Below, piece after piece: positions 1 to 13,929 of a DNA stretch of 64,000 bases. A program made the translations under genes and the position numbers. How positions within the stretch are numbered: the first letter of the stretch is position 1; every line of letters begins with the position of its first letter. Source of the DNA: the human T2T-CHM13v2.0 reference genome, Homo sapiens; NCBI RefSeq assembly GCF_009914755.1, contig NC_060947.1, one strand, 5' to 3'. A model generated the notes under the pieces. The model did no database searches. It was not told where the DNA came from and saw only the letters and a list, made by a program, of their open reading frames with translations.

Positions 1-750
1 GTCCTCTTTTATAAATTGTAGAAGAAACAGATAATCTGGGAAAGTTTCAAATCTACAGAAAAAGTCAACTTAAAGCTTCTGAAAAAATTTTAAAGATGTA
101 TTTTTTTCAGGAATTACTATATTTTAATATAATCTGGTTCTATTTTCTTACATTTTTAATTGGCTTTTAGCAGTTTGAATTCATATAGCAATAAGGTATT
201 TATCCAGAAGCCTCTAAGAAACTGAAATTCTACAACGGTAATGTATACAATTAAAAGAAAGATACTGGTACATATATGCAAAGTAAAATCAGAGTGATGA
301 GCCAGGAATCAAAAGAGGGTTTGGGGGCAAAACCTTCAGAACTTATATTTACAAGTACTGCTTTTATTAATTATATGGAATTCTAGGTATCATCTTGATT
401 TCCAGCAGGAAGAGTAAAGACTATGAATATCACTGCATTAAAATAATACTAATTAGAAAAATCATGTCATAAACTGCAAACTGGTTATCAGTACATAGTA
501 TGATATACATAGTTTTTAAGGAATCATTGCAATGTTATGAAAAAGAGAAGAACATGTAGCTCAGAAAATAAGAAGTTAAGAAGTTTTAAGATAAATATAG
601 AATTCAGTAGAGTTCAACTGAATATGTGAAAATGTGAGGTTCTAATGTTACTAGAAATTAAATAATACGAGTCAGAATTATTCAGCCAAAAATCAAATAA
701 TCATGTACCATTATACATGAAACAGAACCTTGAAAACAGCATCTGAATTT

Positions 751-910
751 TTACTGCCAGAGCCAGAGATTTAGGTGTGGAGGCTGACTGGATTTTCATT
801 CATGACCCTGATGGGACATCCTGAACCCTATTTATGTTGTTTTAAGAGTGATTCCATAACCTCAGGGGGTGAAGTAGTCAGTGATTTAGCTCATTCCCCC
901 GGGTTATATT
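751..910. repeat. Copy A of a ~155-bp inverted duplication (partner at 2808-2960), flanked by a ~33-bp direct repeat
   Basis: The reverse complement of 2808-2960 aligns by eye at roughly 85% and includes the exact core ATTTATGTTGTTTTAAGAGTGATTCCATAACCTCA. AAACAGAACCTTGAAAAC..AGCATCTGAAT occurs at both 720 and 911. Confidence 0.9.
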
Positions 911-1045
911 AAACAGAACCTTGAAAACTGAGCATCTGAATCTTTTTATCATCTCCGTCTAGACAGGTAAGGGGACTCCTCCATTTTCTTTGATTCCTAC
1001 CTCCACCGGGAAAAGCCTTCACTTTCTGAAAACTAAGAAATATCA

Positions 1046-1373
<328 letters not shown>

Positions 1374-1449
1374 CTACTAAAAGACAAAGCCTTCAAATTG
1401 AAAGCAAACAAATAATTGAATGAAGATATCAGATACTTATTTAACCATA

Positions 1450-2110
1450 CAGAATGAGGAGTTATGGATGATTCGGATAAAGAAAGCTGACCATACATTC
1501 TTAGTGGGATGCAGCTAGGAACAAAAAGAACTGTATAGAAAATCTTGAACTTTACTTTGTAGGTTTATTGTTTAATATTATATTGTTATTTTTAAACAAT
1601 TCTTTTTTTAACCAGATTAATCAAATAAGTAACTATATTTACTGTGTTCAAAATCAAAAATTTAGGAATTCTGCACCATAAGAGATAAATGTAAAATAAC
1701 AATATGAAAAAAGAAAAATCACAAACCTTTTCTAGCTCTGTTCATTGAAATGAGCCAAGAGCAGTGATACCCATACAGTGCCCCCTTAGCATTCAGATTC
1801 TGGTCTCTGATACTATTCTTTCACTGAAAGGAACCATGACTCCTTCAAACATGAGTGATTCCATGTCTGGGGCAGAAAGGTACAAGGGGAGCGGGGAAAA
1901 TATGATTGTACCAGAAAGCAACAAAACTTTCAATGAGTAGTGGGTCATGTTATAAGGAATGGAGCAAAAGTTTTTAAAGTCTTCCACATTAAAAAGAAAA
2001 TAATTACTATAGGTGACTGAAATATAGTAAGTCTATGAAAAACCATGCTCCCATAATGATACACAAAAAGAAACCATAAGAAATGATTTCAAAAGTAGGT
2101 GAATAGAACA
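1450..2110 (+). mobile_element. Ancient L1M (L1MC/L1MD-like) 3' region fragment
   Basis: A-rich; GAAAGGAACCATGACTCCTT..TGATTCCATGTCTGGGGCAG resembles an L1MC 3' UTR. Boundaries approximate. Confidence 0.45.
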
Positions 2111-2114
2111 GAAT

Positions 2115-2449
<335 letters not shown>

Positions 2450-2807
2450 TTATTTCTCATTCATGAGGCATTATTGATTAATTTATTGTATCAATAGAGA
2501 ATATAGAAACTAGTAAATACATCAGTTGAAGGGCAATTTCTGATGCCAGGGGAATATCAGAATGGCCAATAAACTGCGATCTCAAGTCAGACAAAGCAAA
2601 ATGAAATATCTGGAATTCAATTGTATATAAATGTAAGTATTCTTAAGATATGTATGGCCCTAAGAATATGAATCAATGGGAAAAGTATTAACATATCTCA
2701 AGAACCCATCAACTTCCAAGTTCTTTAGAGTGTGGAGAAATACAATACAATATCGTAAGATTTTATCAACTCGGATGGAAACTACAGACTTATTATGTAA
2801 TGTAATA

Positions 2808-2960
2808 ACATTATCCCAGGGAAATGGGCTAAGTCACTGATCACTTACCTCTTGAGGTTATGGAATCACTCTTAAAACAACATAAATGGGGTTCAGGATG
2901 TCCTATCAGGGTCATGGATGAGAATCCAGTTGGCCTCCATGCCTAAGCCTTTGGCAGCAA
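2808..2960. repeat. Copy B of the inverted duplication (partner at 751-910)
   Basis: Reverse-complement match to 751-910. Confidence 0.9.
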
Positions 2961-5900
2961 ATATCCTCATTGATTTGGTATGATAATTCTTCCCTAGGTG
3001 GAATAATATAAAATTAGGTATAGAGATGTTTAAAAGAAGTAAATTATTGTATTTATATGTTTGTATTAAGAAGGAAGTTCTGTATATCTGATTATATATT
3101 TGTGATACATGAGAGAATTCACCTTGTGACAGCCATGTAAATATAATATGGAATGTGTAATTAACAGTTATGATTTCAAAGTGCAATCTTAATAAATTTT
3201 CAGTACTGAAACATCTAAGATCTTCAGGCATGTTATTTTCATAGATTTAATTTTTAAAAAGTATTTAGTTCCCAGGCAGATTTGCTTAGTAGACCACTAA
3301 AATACTTAAAAGGGCCACGCTCAAGGTGGGGCAGCTGCTAACACTGCTTTTTGCACAGACACATGGACTGTCAGCCCTCTATCCTGTCCCCAGTCCTATC
3401 TGCCCCATCCCCACAATGGGGCCTCACCAAGAGGAACACTGCTTGGACAGTGTTCACTGCTGACAGTTCCTCAGCAGCCTGCCTTCACTAGCCTGTTTAC
3501 CATATCCTGCCAGGAATCCTGTGGCCTCTGAGTCCTTCCTCCCATCTTAGCCCAAGCCTCCCCCCATAGGATACCCATGAATAAAGGGCAGCGGATGATG
3601 GAATAAATAGAAAATACCAAATTTATACTGGGATTTTAAAATATTACCTCTTCTCAGTATATGTTAGCTAGTCTTTGTGCTACTTGTAATGCAGGGAAAT
3701 TGCAACAAATGTGATATAGGACACAACTGGAGTTGAAGGCCCTTTACCCACCTGCAAATTGATTTTATTGGCTGTTTTCAGATAGTGGGATACTCCCATG
3801 TCTAACTTGTAATGTGCCTTTTTTTTTTTTTCTGGATGGCCCAAGGCTTTCCTCTGCAATAGGAGGATAGTGCTATTACTGATTTTTTCTTTTAATGCTT
3901 CAGGAATACATTTTTTCACTGGAAAATTCCTCTTAATATGAAATCAGACCAAAGCTTCTATTTTATGGAACAAAATTTTCACCACGTATCTAAAGCTGTA
4001 AAAAACAAATTTCAGACACACACTCTTTACCACCCTCAAAACTCTTGCAAAGTGGAAGCAAAGGCAAGATGTGCAACATTAAGCAAGGACTAAGTACATT
4101 CTGCCATGAAACAGGCCTTAATAAGAGGCCTAAACCCCTTCAAATTTTGAATATTTAAAAGAAGTAAACTTCCTGTGGGCTGCAAGTCACTGAACTGTGC
4201 ACTAAGCCTTCATGAGATTGTCCTCTAGCTAGTAGTCCAGCGATTGCCCTCAGTGTTGAAGGATACATTGCAGTCTTAAAGTTGAGAGCTAATGTCTACA
4301 GTTCCTTTCAGTATGTGTTCAGGCTACAGACCAACATGGGAATTCACACCAAGATATCCATGTCAGCCAGGGGACTAGGTCTATGCAGGAAATTCTGGAG
4401 AACAAACCACCTCAAACTCAGAAGTGCTGGATCCTTCAAAGTTCCCTGGACCCACCTACATACACAGCTGTGTGGACTGCAGACCACCCAACAGAAACAT
4501 ATACCTAATTGCAAGCTTTTCCCCACCTGTGAACCATAGAGGCAAGGATTCAAACCACAACCCCCGCCAAAACAGGGCAAATCTAACTCCTCAGCAACAT
4601 ACAGATACAAATTAAGATATTAAAGGCTAGATGAGAATCCTTAGGTTCCAAAGCCCTGTGTCATCTTTAGTCTAGAAGGAATAAGGGAGTCATTTTTGGC
4701 ACCCATGATTCACTGAGGTGAAGACCACAATGAAGTCTCAAAGAAGTGCATGGACAGATAACTCCAGGACTAATTATATGAACTGGGAACCAACTGAGCT
4801 AATACCAGCCAAGTCTTCTTAACAGTGCTCACCTTGCTTACTATTGTATTTTGCCATCATCTACCAGGAAGGTGTTTCTTTCCTGCATCCCACCACGTTC
4901 ATCTCCCTGGAATGTCTCTCATGGTGATGATGAACAAGTGTAATCCTTGGCAAGGCACATTCATAGCCAAGTTCATGTACAGGTAAAAATGTGTGGACTC
5001 ACAAATCCACAGAGGATAGACTATAAGAGGAAGTTAGCTCCTATAATAAAAGACATCACATGTCAATGATTAGAAGAGAAACAGTGTCAGCAAAATGAGA
5101 GGTCCCTAATGTTTCACCAGACAAACACAGTGACCTCCTTTCCTTTTCAAATGAATGTTATCAGTACCACTTTTAAATAACCTTTTGGAAGTTTGTTAAC
5201 TAATGTCTATTTCTTGCACTTTGCTGAGTATCACAGCGCTTCACCTTTTCTAGCTGAAGATTACAAAAATACCCATCCCCCACTATCAGGAGACAATGCT
5301 TGCAACAGAATCTTAGCTTATACTCATGTATAAAAGACAGCCTGCAATTTTGACGCAAGGATCTAGAGTGTAGTGTGGCCCAGCCTCTAGCTAGTGAATA
5401 GTTCTCTACATCTTTCACATAATACACTTCTTATAAACAGTAAAGAATTAAATATTCTGAGTCCCCACTCTTTTTTACCACTACAACTTCAAGAAAATTA
5501 AGAAAGCTACATTTTATGCACACCTGAGTTTAAGACCGAGATTCATTGCTGCCGCAGGTGCATACGAACAGCATTTCTAAAGTTGGAAGCATGGGGCAAT
5601 TCCTACTGGCGGCTTCTATGGGAACCAGGCTACCAAGTCTAAAGAAAGCAAGGTGAGAAAGGAGAGCCAAGACAGAAACCCAAGGGGTGTCTGAAAACAC
5701 AGATGCACACATAGCAAGGCACAGTGCAGGCAGTGAGAGTGCAGGAGGAGCCTGAAAGGTTTAATTCCCTGAGCCAATGAATACAGTGCATTTTTAGCTG
5801 CTTTCTGCAGACCTGAGCAGGGAAGGCCTGAGACTTGGGATTGCTTTGGACATGCCTTTCAAAAATCTGTTTAACATTAACAGGGGTGGGAAAACTGATT

Positions 5901-7315
5901 CTTTATTAATAAAAACAGTCATTTAATAATTTACTTTCACTGTGAAGCTATTTTAACAGCATGTTTCCTGCTAGTCTTCATTCATGTTCTCCATTTTTCT
6001 TTTGCAAACTTCTGAGCCAAACAATTTCCTGGGAGTCACACTAAAGGATTTTAAAGTTTAATTAATGAATCTTTTGCTGTTATTATCAGCACTATGCCAT
6101 ACATTATTAGGTGTCAAAATTAGGTGTCAAAATTTCAACTGATTTGGACTGTAAAGTGAGTTTGTGGTAGTGTTGTTTGTTTGGTTTTTCTTTTTAATTT
6201 TCACTTGAGGATGTTATCAGTTTTGGAAAGCGCAGAACCAATTTACACGTCACTAGTTCCGTGAAGTCGTGTATGGAAACCTGAGTAAACTGGCACGATA
6301 TTGCTAGTTTATTCCAATAATGTTTTAGGGCCCATCTAGATTGGCACTGTGGAAATCCTTCCAGCTGGCTGCCTCTTAATTGGCTCACTGGCTGACTGGC
6401 CTGGGTGGGAAAAGAATGCTCCATGAGCTTAAGGGTGGACACATCTCCCAGATTGGCCTTATGAAAAAAAACCACTACATTTTCTGGCATATTTCTGCAG
6501 TGGGAGGCAAGTGTCCATGACTGCTCCTGTAACTGGTGCTTGTCTCAGTGGACCACATGCTGGAATTGACAGTGGCATTACCATATGCTCAGCACCTCCC
6601 TAAATCTGAATTCTGGCCCCTATACATGTAGTGGTACTTCGTGAGAGGAGGAGATGGAGTCACTCAGGCATGGGAGTGAAGGGCAGGTTTGCCATGGAAG
6701 AAAGGAGGGAAAGAAGGCAGTGGGTGTGCATAGAGGAAGTGGGTTACAGTAGATAGGAGGACTTAGCGCCAAAAGCAAATTAATTCCACCTGATCCATTC
6801 AATCTAGGCACTGATTGTAACTTTCACCTGTCCTCTGTCATTTTTCAGTGATACTTTGACATTCTCAGCAAGGAGAGGGGCATGAGCAGAAGCTGCTGCC
6901 TAGTCCCTACTCCCACCCCGCTCCTTAGTGATGACATTATCTGAATCCCTCCACCCAATTCTTTCACAGCCTGGAAATAATCTCAAGTCTCTAAGAGAAA
7001 TGAAAATCAGATCTCTCTCTGGAAAAGTTCAGGAATTTTGTATAAAGGCCAGGGAATGGGGCATTAATCCTAGGTGGTTAAATGAACTGTTAAAACAAAT
7101 TGGGCTTTTGGGCTTATTATTGGCCTAGTCCAAGACACAGTACTTAGTACTTGGGGACAGAAAATATATATATGTGAAGCATGAAACACGGTCATATGCT
7201 AGAAGTTGTGAGAAACTCCTCATGGATACTTTTGTCTTATGTATGTGGTCCCCAAGACAAATAAAGAAGAGATGATTCTAAAGAGGAAAGGGAGGGTGAT
7301 TTGAATCTTCTAATT

Positions 7316-7522
7316 CAGTGTTCTCAACCAGAATGATCTTATCCCCCTTGGGACATTTGGCAATGTCTAGAGATGTTGTTGGTTGTCACAACTGGGGGGT
7401 GCCACTGGCACCCAGTTAAGACGGGCCACTAGGCTAAGCACTCTACAATGCACAGGACAGCCACCACCACAAGGAATTATTTGGCACAAAATGTCAATAG
7501 CATCGAAGCTGACAAACCCTGG
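7316..7522. mobile_element. MER20-like hAT-Charlie DNA transposon
   Basis: CAGTGTTCTCAACC..GGACATTTGGCAATGTCT..GGTTGTCACAACTGGG..AATGTCAATAG..AAACCCTG. Confidence 0.8.
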
Positions 7523-7527
7523 ACCAC

Positions 7528-8025
7528 AGCAATGGTTCTCACACTTCAATGGGCATCAGAATCACCTAGAGGATTTCTTAAAAACAGTGCAGGGGCCGGG
7601 CACGGTGGCTCATGCCTGTAATCCCAGCACTTTGGGAGGTCGAGGTGGGCGGATCACGAGGTTAGGAGACCAGCCTGATCAACATGGTGAACCCTGTCTC
7701 TGCTAAAAACACAAAATATTATCCAGGCGTGGTGGCGCACGACCGTAATCCCAGCTACTCAGGAGGCTGAGGCAGGAGAATCACTTGAACAGAGGATGGG
7801 GAGGTTGCAGTGAGCCGAGATCGCGCCACTGCACTCCAGCCTGGGTGACAGAGTGAGACTCCATCTAAAAAAACAAAAAACAAACAACAACAAAAAACAG
7901 TGCCGGATCCCACTCCACTTTCCAATTCAGTAGACAGGGGTAGAGTCTGAGAATCTGCATTTCTAACAAGTTCCCAGGTGACACCAGGGCTGATGTTCTG
8001 AGGAGCATACTTTTGAGAACCCCTG
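7528..8025. mobile_element. MER5-like hAT-Charlie element interrupted by an Alu
   Basis: GGTTCTCA..GCATCAGAATCACC lies left of the Alu and GAATCTGCATTTCTAACAAGTTCCCAGGTGA..TTTGAGAAC lies right of it. Confidence 0.75.
7594..7895 (+). mobile_element. Alu (AluS-like, small internal deletion)
   Basis: Alu dimer with TSD AAAAACAGTGC on both sides. Confidence 0.95.
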
Positions 8026-10924
8026 CCCTAGTTCTTCCCCCGAGTTGCCCTTTAAATTATCCCCCTGCTTGAGAATGTGGTTAGACCGACCTTAGCCTGG
8101 AGCGTTGATGCTATCACAAAGGAGGAAGCAAGAAGCTCCCTTTTAAGCAAGGAGACTTCCCAGAGACTTAATTAAAGTTTGGGAAAATATCCCAGGAAGT
8201 GGGGGTGGGAGGGGGTCAATAAAATTGATCCAAATAAATTCTTTGCACATACAAAATAAAACTCACATGCACAAAAAGAAATTTGATCAATAAATTAGTA
8301 AATTCAGAGTGAGGAGGGAGTAATTAACAGGCCCATTTAAAGTGTGGAATACATTAAATAAAGAATGAGTGACTCCACCGGGACTACTGAAGCAGGAAAC
8401 ACCGATGCGTTTGAGAGGCCTGGAAGATTGGAAACATATTTCAACAAGGAGAAAAGAGGAGAGAGAATGGAGAGCCCAGAATGATGAAGATGCTGGGTGG
8501 GGGTGGGGACGGAGGTGGGGGTGGGGGTTGGGGGAGGGATATGTATCAGAGCCTTGGGAGCCTTGGATTTTGAACTCCTACAAAGTTTAACAAAATTGCA
8601 GCTTTGCTCTGGTGTATCTCCCGGGCATAGGAAACTTTTAAGTAACCTGCTGCAAGAGCTATTCAAGCCACACCTGGTCTTGAGCAGTTAATATGTCGAG
8701 TCTCTTTATATTGGAGTAAACGAAAGGTTTAATCCCAAGTCATTTGGAGCATAGCAAAACCTTATTGATTGAGAACAATCCCAGGGTTATCTTGGGCACC
8801 TTGCCAATCTACAAGATCCCCTGCCAGAAAAACTGAGGCAAAGCGGACTCCACTACCAGTTTAAGCCAGAGTGGAGGACCATATAGACCATGGTTGAGGG
8901 AAGTAAAGTTGAGACAATTCACTATTGAAGGCAAATAAAAAGCTGTCCTATTTCATATAGACACTCACATACTAAACATTTTCCCCAAAGGGTGGGACAT
9001 GAAGGAAACCAAATGTATGACTCATGGCAGAGCCATAATTGTATAAATTGCTGCTAAGATAATCCAAGTTATACCTAACTTTTAGGCTCTCAATAAATGT
9101 TCGATAGCTTGCTTTGAGCTTGATTTCAGGGTCCAGTTCCCCATTTCACCCCCAAAAGAGTCCCTGGGGGGAACCTGTTGGCAACTTGGCAATGGAAAGC
9201 TAAACTGGATCAGCCGTGAATATGAATCATTGTAATAATTCCTTTATATGTGGCGAAGAACAAGACCGTGGCCAATAACTGCATCAGCAAGAAGCAGAAC
9301 TCTTCTCTGCCTCTGTCATACCCCCTGAGACCTCTGAAATTTAAGTACTAGTTTATCATATAATGGTGCTCAGTCTGGCTCCATGCATTTCACTCTGGAT
9401 TTGTGAAGGGCTGGAAGGTGATTTTTGCTTTCATTAGAGCCGTGGTCCCCTGAGACCATTAAGAAGACTCTTTCCAAGCCTGGGGAACATAACTCTAGTA
9501 CCAAGCCCACAGTGCAATTCAGAAAACCTTAAAGCAGGTGTCTTCAAATATCTCTGAGCCTCATTTTCCTCACAGGTATATTAGGACCCAGCTTAGCCTT
9601 AGTGAAGCAGGTGAGAGGTTGCTATGTTTAAAGCTGCTTCCTCTGTTTTTTAATTTCCCGCTGCCATTTTCAATCAGGCCTTCCTCATTAGCTGGATGGG
9701 AAAGTTTGCAGAGCCAAACCTGCAGCAGATTCCCTCAGGCGGTGTTTTAGTTCTAGTGCTTCCCCAGGCTTTAGGCATAAAAGCGCCTCCCAGGGTGAGG
9801 TGACTTGCCACACATTTGGCTGACACCTGCCTATGAAGAGAGACGTCTGAAACCACTTTCCCAGAGCAGCCCTGAAGCAGTCAAGTCAGTGAAGTCTTTA
9901 GCAGGCTTTCTTCCTAGTCAGACACAGATCCCGATGCACAGCCCGAGGATGAATTCTTAGTCTAGTAAGCACTTCCAACCTGTTGGTCGAGCCTTTGCTG
10001 TCACCACGTGTGGCTTACATACCTCTCAAAATGTGAGGTCAGTTAAAAGGCATAAAGCTGCAAAGTCTCAGACTCTAAGAGGGAGCAGGCCATGCAGTCT
10101 AAACTCCATTTAGACTGCAGCATCCCAGATAAAGAGGCATCCCACCTTGGAACACCTCTACTGGGAGGAAGCTCAGCACCCCACGAGGCAGCCTCTTCCA
10201 CTGTTGAACAGATCTAATAATTAAAAGCCCATCCTTTTACCTAATCTCCATCTGCCTCCCAATGTTTCCTGTGGAGCTACATGGAATATGTCTGCTGATC
10301 CTGCTACCTGATGTTATTTCCGTTGTGTGCTGTGTCTTAGCAATTATACCAGATGGTTTGTGAGGGCATGGACCATGTCTCCTGCTTCTTATGCATCACT
10401 ATAGTGTTGGTGACCAGCTCTAAAATTACTGGGTAGTGTTCTTAGTTGTGCTCAGTCTCTTCATTTGTGATCATTGTTTCTTCCCAAGCCCGCCCTGTGA
10501 AGCCTGAATTATGCTGATTCTAACTTTACCCTTCAGCTCATACCAGGGCACTATCATCCAGGGGTAAAGTTCATGGGCATGCTTGAGAAATGCCCACAGT
10601 AATGAAAACAATCTGCTCAAACTCCACATCATTCTTCCAACATACATGTGCATGTGTGCACACACACACACCACCACCACCAGTCTTTGTATCTAGGTGA
10701 ATGCAAACACAAATGAATTTTAAGGGCATCCTTGAAGGGGGAAACAAATATCAAATACAATATGGAGTCCGAGGAGGGTGAGTGAAAAAGAGGAAGTGAC
10801 AGCATATTACACTTCTTGCCTTAGGGTATTACCAGCACAACAGCAGCCAGCATCTCTCTCCCGGAGCCATTTGTATCTGTGAGTCAGGTAGAAAGTGCAG
10901 CAACGTGGATCCCACCTGTGGGAG

Positions 10925-11020
10925 GCAACCTCCGTCTCCTGGGTTCAAGCGATTCTTCTGCCTCAGACTCCTGAGTAGCTGGGATTACAGGCATGCACCA
11001 CCATGCCCGGCTAATTTTTT
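10925..11020 (-). mobile_element. Alu fragment (central linker plus part of right arm) fused to the 3' end of the pseudogene
   Basis: GCAACCTCC..GGGATTACAGGCATGCACCACCATGCCCGGCTAATTTTTT. No tail and no left arm. Confidence 0.9.
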
Positions 11021-13925
11021 AAACCAGCAAAATAGTTTGATTTTAAAATAGTCATCAATGTGAAAATTTCGGCCAGGCACGGTGGCTCACACCTGTAATC
11101 CCAGCACTTTGAGAGGCCGAGGTGGGTGGATCACGAGGTCAGGAGATGGAGACCATCCTGGCTAACACGGTGAAACCCTGTCTCTACTAAAAAAAAGAAC
11201 AAAAAAAGTAGCCGGGAGTGGTGGCGGGCACCTGTAGTCCCAGCTACTCAGGAGGCTGAGGCAGGAGAATGGCATGAACCCGGGAGGCGGCGCTTGCAGT
11301 GAGCCAAGTTTGCACCACCGCACTCCAGCCTGGGCGAAACAGCGAGACTCCATCTCAAGGAAAAAAAAAAAAAGTAAAATTTCCTAAAGCTGGGAGTAAC
11401 AGTCTAGAGCCAAGGTTGGGGGGAGGGGGGCAGGCCTCACCCAGAGCCCAGCTTGAGGACCCTGAACCCCACCTTCCCTTCCAGAGGGAGGGAAGAAACA
11501 GCTGAGGAGAGCCCTCAGTCAGTCCTCTCCCTCCTCCCTGAGGCCAGCTGTGCCAAGGCCCCTTGAGGCCAACAGCCCATGCAAAGAATTGGGGGGAAGG
11601 GAGACAGGTAAGAAACAGAAATTAGAGGTTAATAACTCCAACAACACCCACCCCCAAGAAAACAAAATAACAAACTTGACTATGAAAGGAGGATGGAAGA
11701 TGAATACTGATAAACTCCTCAGCTCCCCAGAACAGCTCAGTTTGGGCTGGGTTGGGCTGATTGGAGGAAAGCTCTTGAGACCCAACTGCATGTTACCTCT
11801 GGAGAATAAGTATTCTAAGAAAAGGGGAAAACCATGAGGCAAGCCTCTGTGTCACAGTCAACGCAGCTGACAGGCCTGGTGCAGCCCACCGCCCAACCCC
11901 ACTCACACAGGGAACAGCTGTGCAGGTCTGGATAGAGAAGAGGTCAAGGGCTTGGACTGGGGACCCTGAGCTGCCAAGGTGTGGGGCCTCCTTGCAGTCC
12001 CGGTGCAGCAATGGCAGGAAGGCCAGCAGAGGCCCTAGTAGAGCTGGTTGCCCTGCTGCTGGGCCTGCGTCAGGCTGTCCTTGCAGTGCAGGTGGTGAAC
12101 CCCCATTCTTTTGGGGCTGCACTGGGGGTGGCTGGAGCTGGGGAGTGGCCAGGCCCTGCGCTCAGTGTGGGAAGTGCCAGGACCCTCCTCTGTGACACTG
12201 TTAATGAGCAGCAGGCTCTGGCGCTCTTCCTCAGGGCGGATGGGCAGGTTCAGCTCTTCTTCCTCCTCCCTGGGAAAGCCAGAGTCAGGTTCTGTGGGAA
12301 GCAAAAGCCCACTCTCTTTGGTTCGGGGAGAAGGTGCCTGGACCACCTAATCTCTGTCAGCGGAGTTATGGGCAAAACGGTGCTGCAGCTCAGGGAGGGT
12401 GTCACTCTTAAAGGCTGTGACCTGGGCCACAGCAGCAGGTGGCAGAGTATGGTCCACAAATGCCCACTGCCAGCTGACCAGCAGGTCCTTTTCAGAGCTA
12501 ACAGACCTGGCTGGGGCACTGAGTGTTGGGAGCACTGAGCTGGGCTGGTGGTTGAGTGAGGCCTAGGCTGAGGCAGGGGCACTGAGCACTGGGCTGGGGC
12601 AGGCCCACTCACTCCCTTCCCCCACCAGGCTCAGCGAAATGGCCTGGCGGGTGGTGTAAGTGCAGTTGGGCAGGGGGCTGTTGCAGGGGATCCAAACTTT
12701 ATCCTTGGAGAACTCTATTACCCTGCAGCCAGGATACAGTGGGAGTGGTGGAGATGGGGTGGGGTAGGGGCTCAGCTTCTCAAAGGCTGGCAGGGGCAGC
12801 TCTTCCTCTGGGGAGCCCCCAGCAGTATCCAGAGAGTGACACTCCCCATTGGGTTGGGGGGTGGGGCTGCCAGGGGCCGGGGGACTGGCTGGATCGCCTG
12901 GGGCACCCTCACTGATGTCCACATGCACAAAGACATCTTCAGCCATAGGGTGCCCAGCGCTGCCTGACCGGGCTGAATTCAGCAGTAGAGACTCTGGCTT
13001 CTCTAACACTCGGGCAATGACCAAAGTAGGCACAACAGCCGCTGGGGCTAGGCTGGGAGCAGGACCCGGGCTGGCGGCCTCTTGACCACTATGCAGATGT
13101 TTCTGAACCATGTCGTGTAGCTCACAGGACAGATCGGAGAACTCATAGTTTCGGAAGTGGGACTGGCTGCACTTGAGGAGCTGCACAGCCAGGTTGCAAT
13201 CCCCCTGGTACCGCTCGCTGAGCTCCTCCAGCTTGTTGATGGTGTTCTTGGCATCCAGCAGCTTGTTGGTCAGCTCCACGATCTCCCAGTCCAGCGTCTG
13301 CCTATCCATCTCAGCCTTCTTGAGCAGTGTGTGCAGCTTGTCCTCCAACTCCTGGTTGGTCTGCTGGGAAGCCATGTAGCTGTTCTGCAGCCTGCAGAAC
13401 TTATCCTTAAAACTTGTCCAGCTCCTTGCGGCTCTGGCGCAGCTCCAGCTCTAGGCAGTCCTGCCCAATTTCCAGCTTACATTCCAGGACCTCAGTGCAT
13501 CTCGTGGCCGAGGCCAGGCACCGACAAAGCTCTTCATTATCCTGCTGCGAGAGCTTCATCCTTTCCAAGTCAGTCAGGGATTCCTCCTGCTCAAACCTGG
13601 ATCCAGGAATTTCCAGTCGCAGCTCCCAATGCTCTGGTGGTGCCTTACGGTAGGGTTTCTTAGCAGGGGCTGCACTGGTTATTCTGGGAGGTGACACCTC
13701 CTCCACCTGCGACTGTTGTCAGCAGCTCTCTCTGTTCCACCATCCGGGAGTTAGCCCCCAGCTCTCCGCATCCCACGGCCCCTCCACTTCCTTTAGCCAA
13801 CAGCTCTTTCTACCACTGCCAGCTGCGTTCAGGCCACCATCTCGCTGTGGGGCAGGCCGCATAGGAGCCAGGGCTGCGGGAATCCCCATGCACTTGGCAC
13901 CTGGCGTCATCGGGGGTGGGGCCCC
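11021..13925 (-). pseudogene. TJAP1: Processed pseudogene of TJAP1 (tight junction associated protein 1, PILT)
   Basis: Contiguous intronless translation: TSAAPAKKPYRKAPPEH.., QELEDKLHTL.KKAEMD.., VIARVLEKPESLLLNSA.., HHLH.KDSLTQAQ.QGN. The CDS spans ~13682 to 12035. Lesions: start codon ATG>ATA, a frameshift near 13407, and TAG stops at 12563 and 12347. A GC-rich 5' UTR and the 3' UTR are retained. Confidence 0.95.
11071..11373 (+). mobile_element. AluY inserted in the pseudogene 3' UTR
   Basis: AluY-type motifs GAGACCATCCTGGCTAACACGG and GGCATGAACCCGGGAGGCGG. TSD ~AAAATTTC. Confidence 0.93.
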
Positions 13926-13929
13926 TTTG

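Noticed and set aside
6107-6133. Short tandem duplications (13 bp here; 29 bp at ~51340-51397; 12-bp direct repeat at ~29924-29954)
   Set aside because: Ordinary slippage products with no further structure.
8495-8540. G-rich tract with G-quadruplex potential
   Set aside because: Real G-runs, but common genome-wide and with no supporting context.
11793-13663. Multiple overlapping + strand and alternative-frame ORFs
   Set aside because: Shadows of the GC-rich TJAP1 pseudogene.
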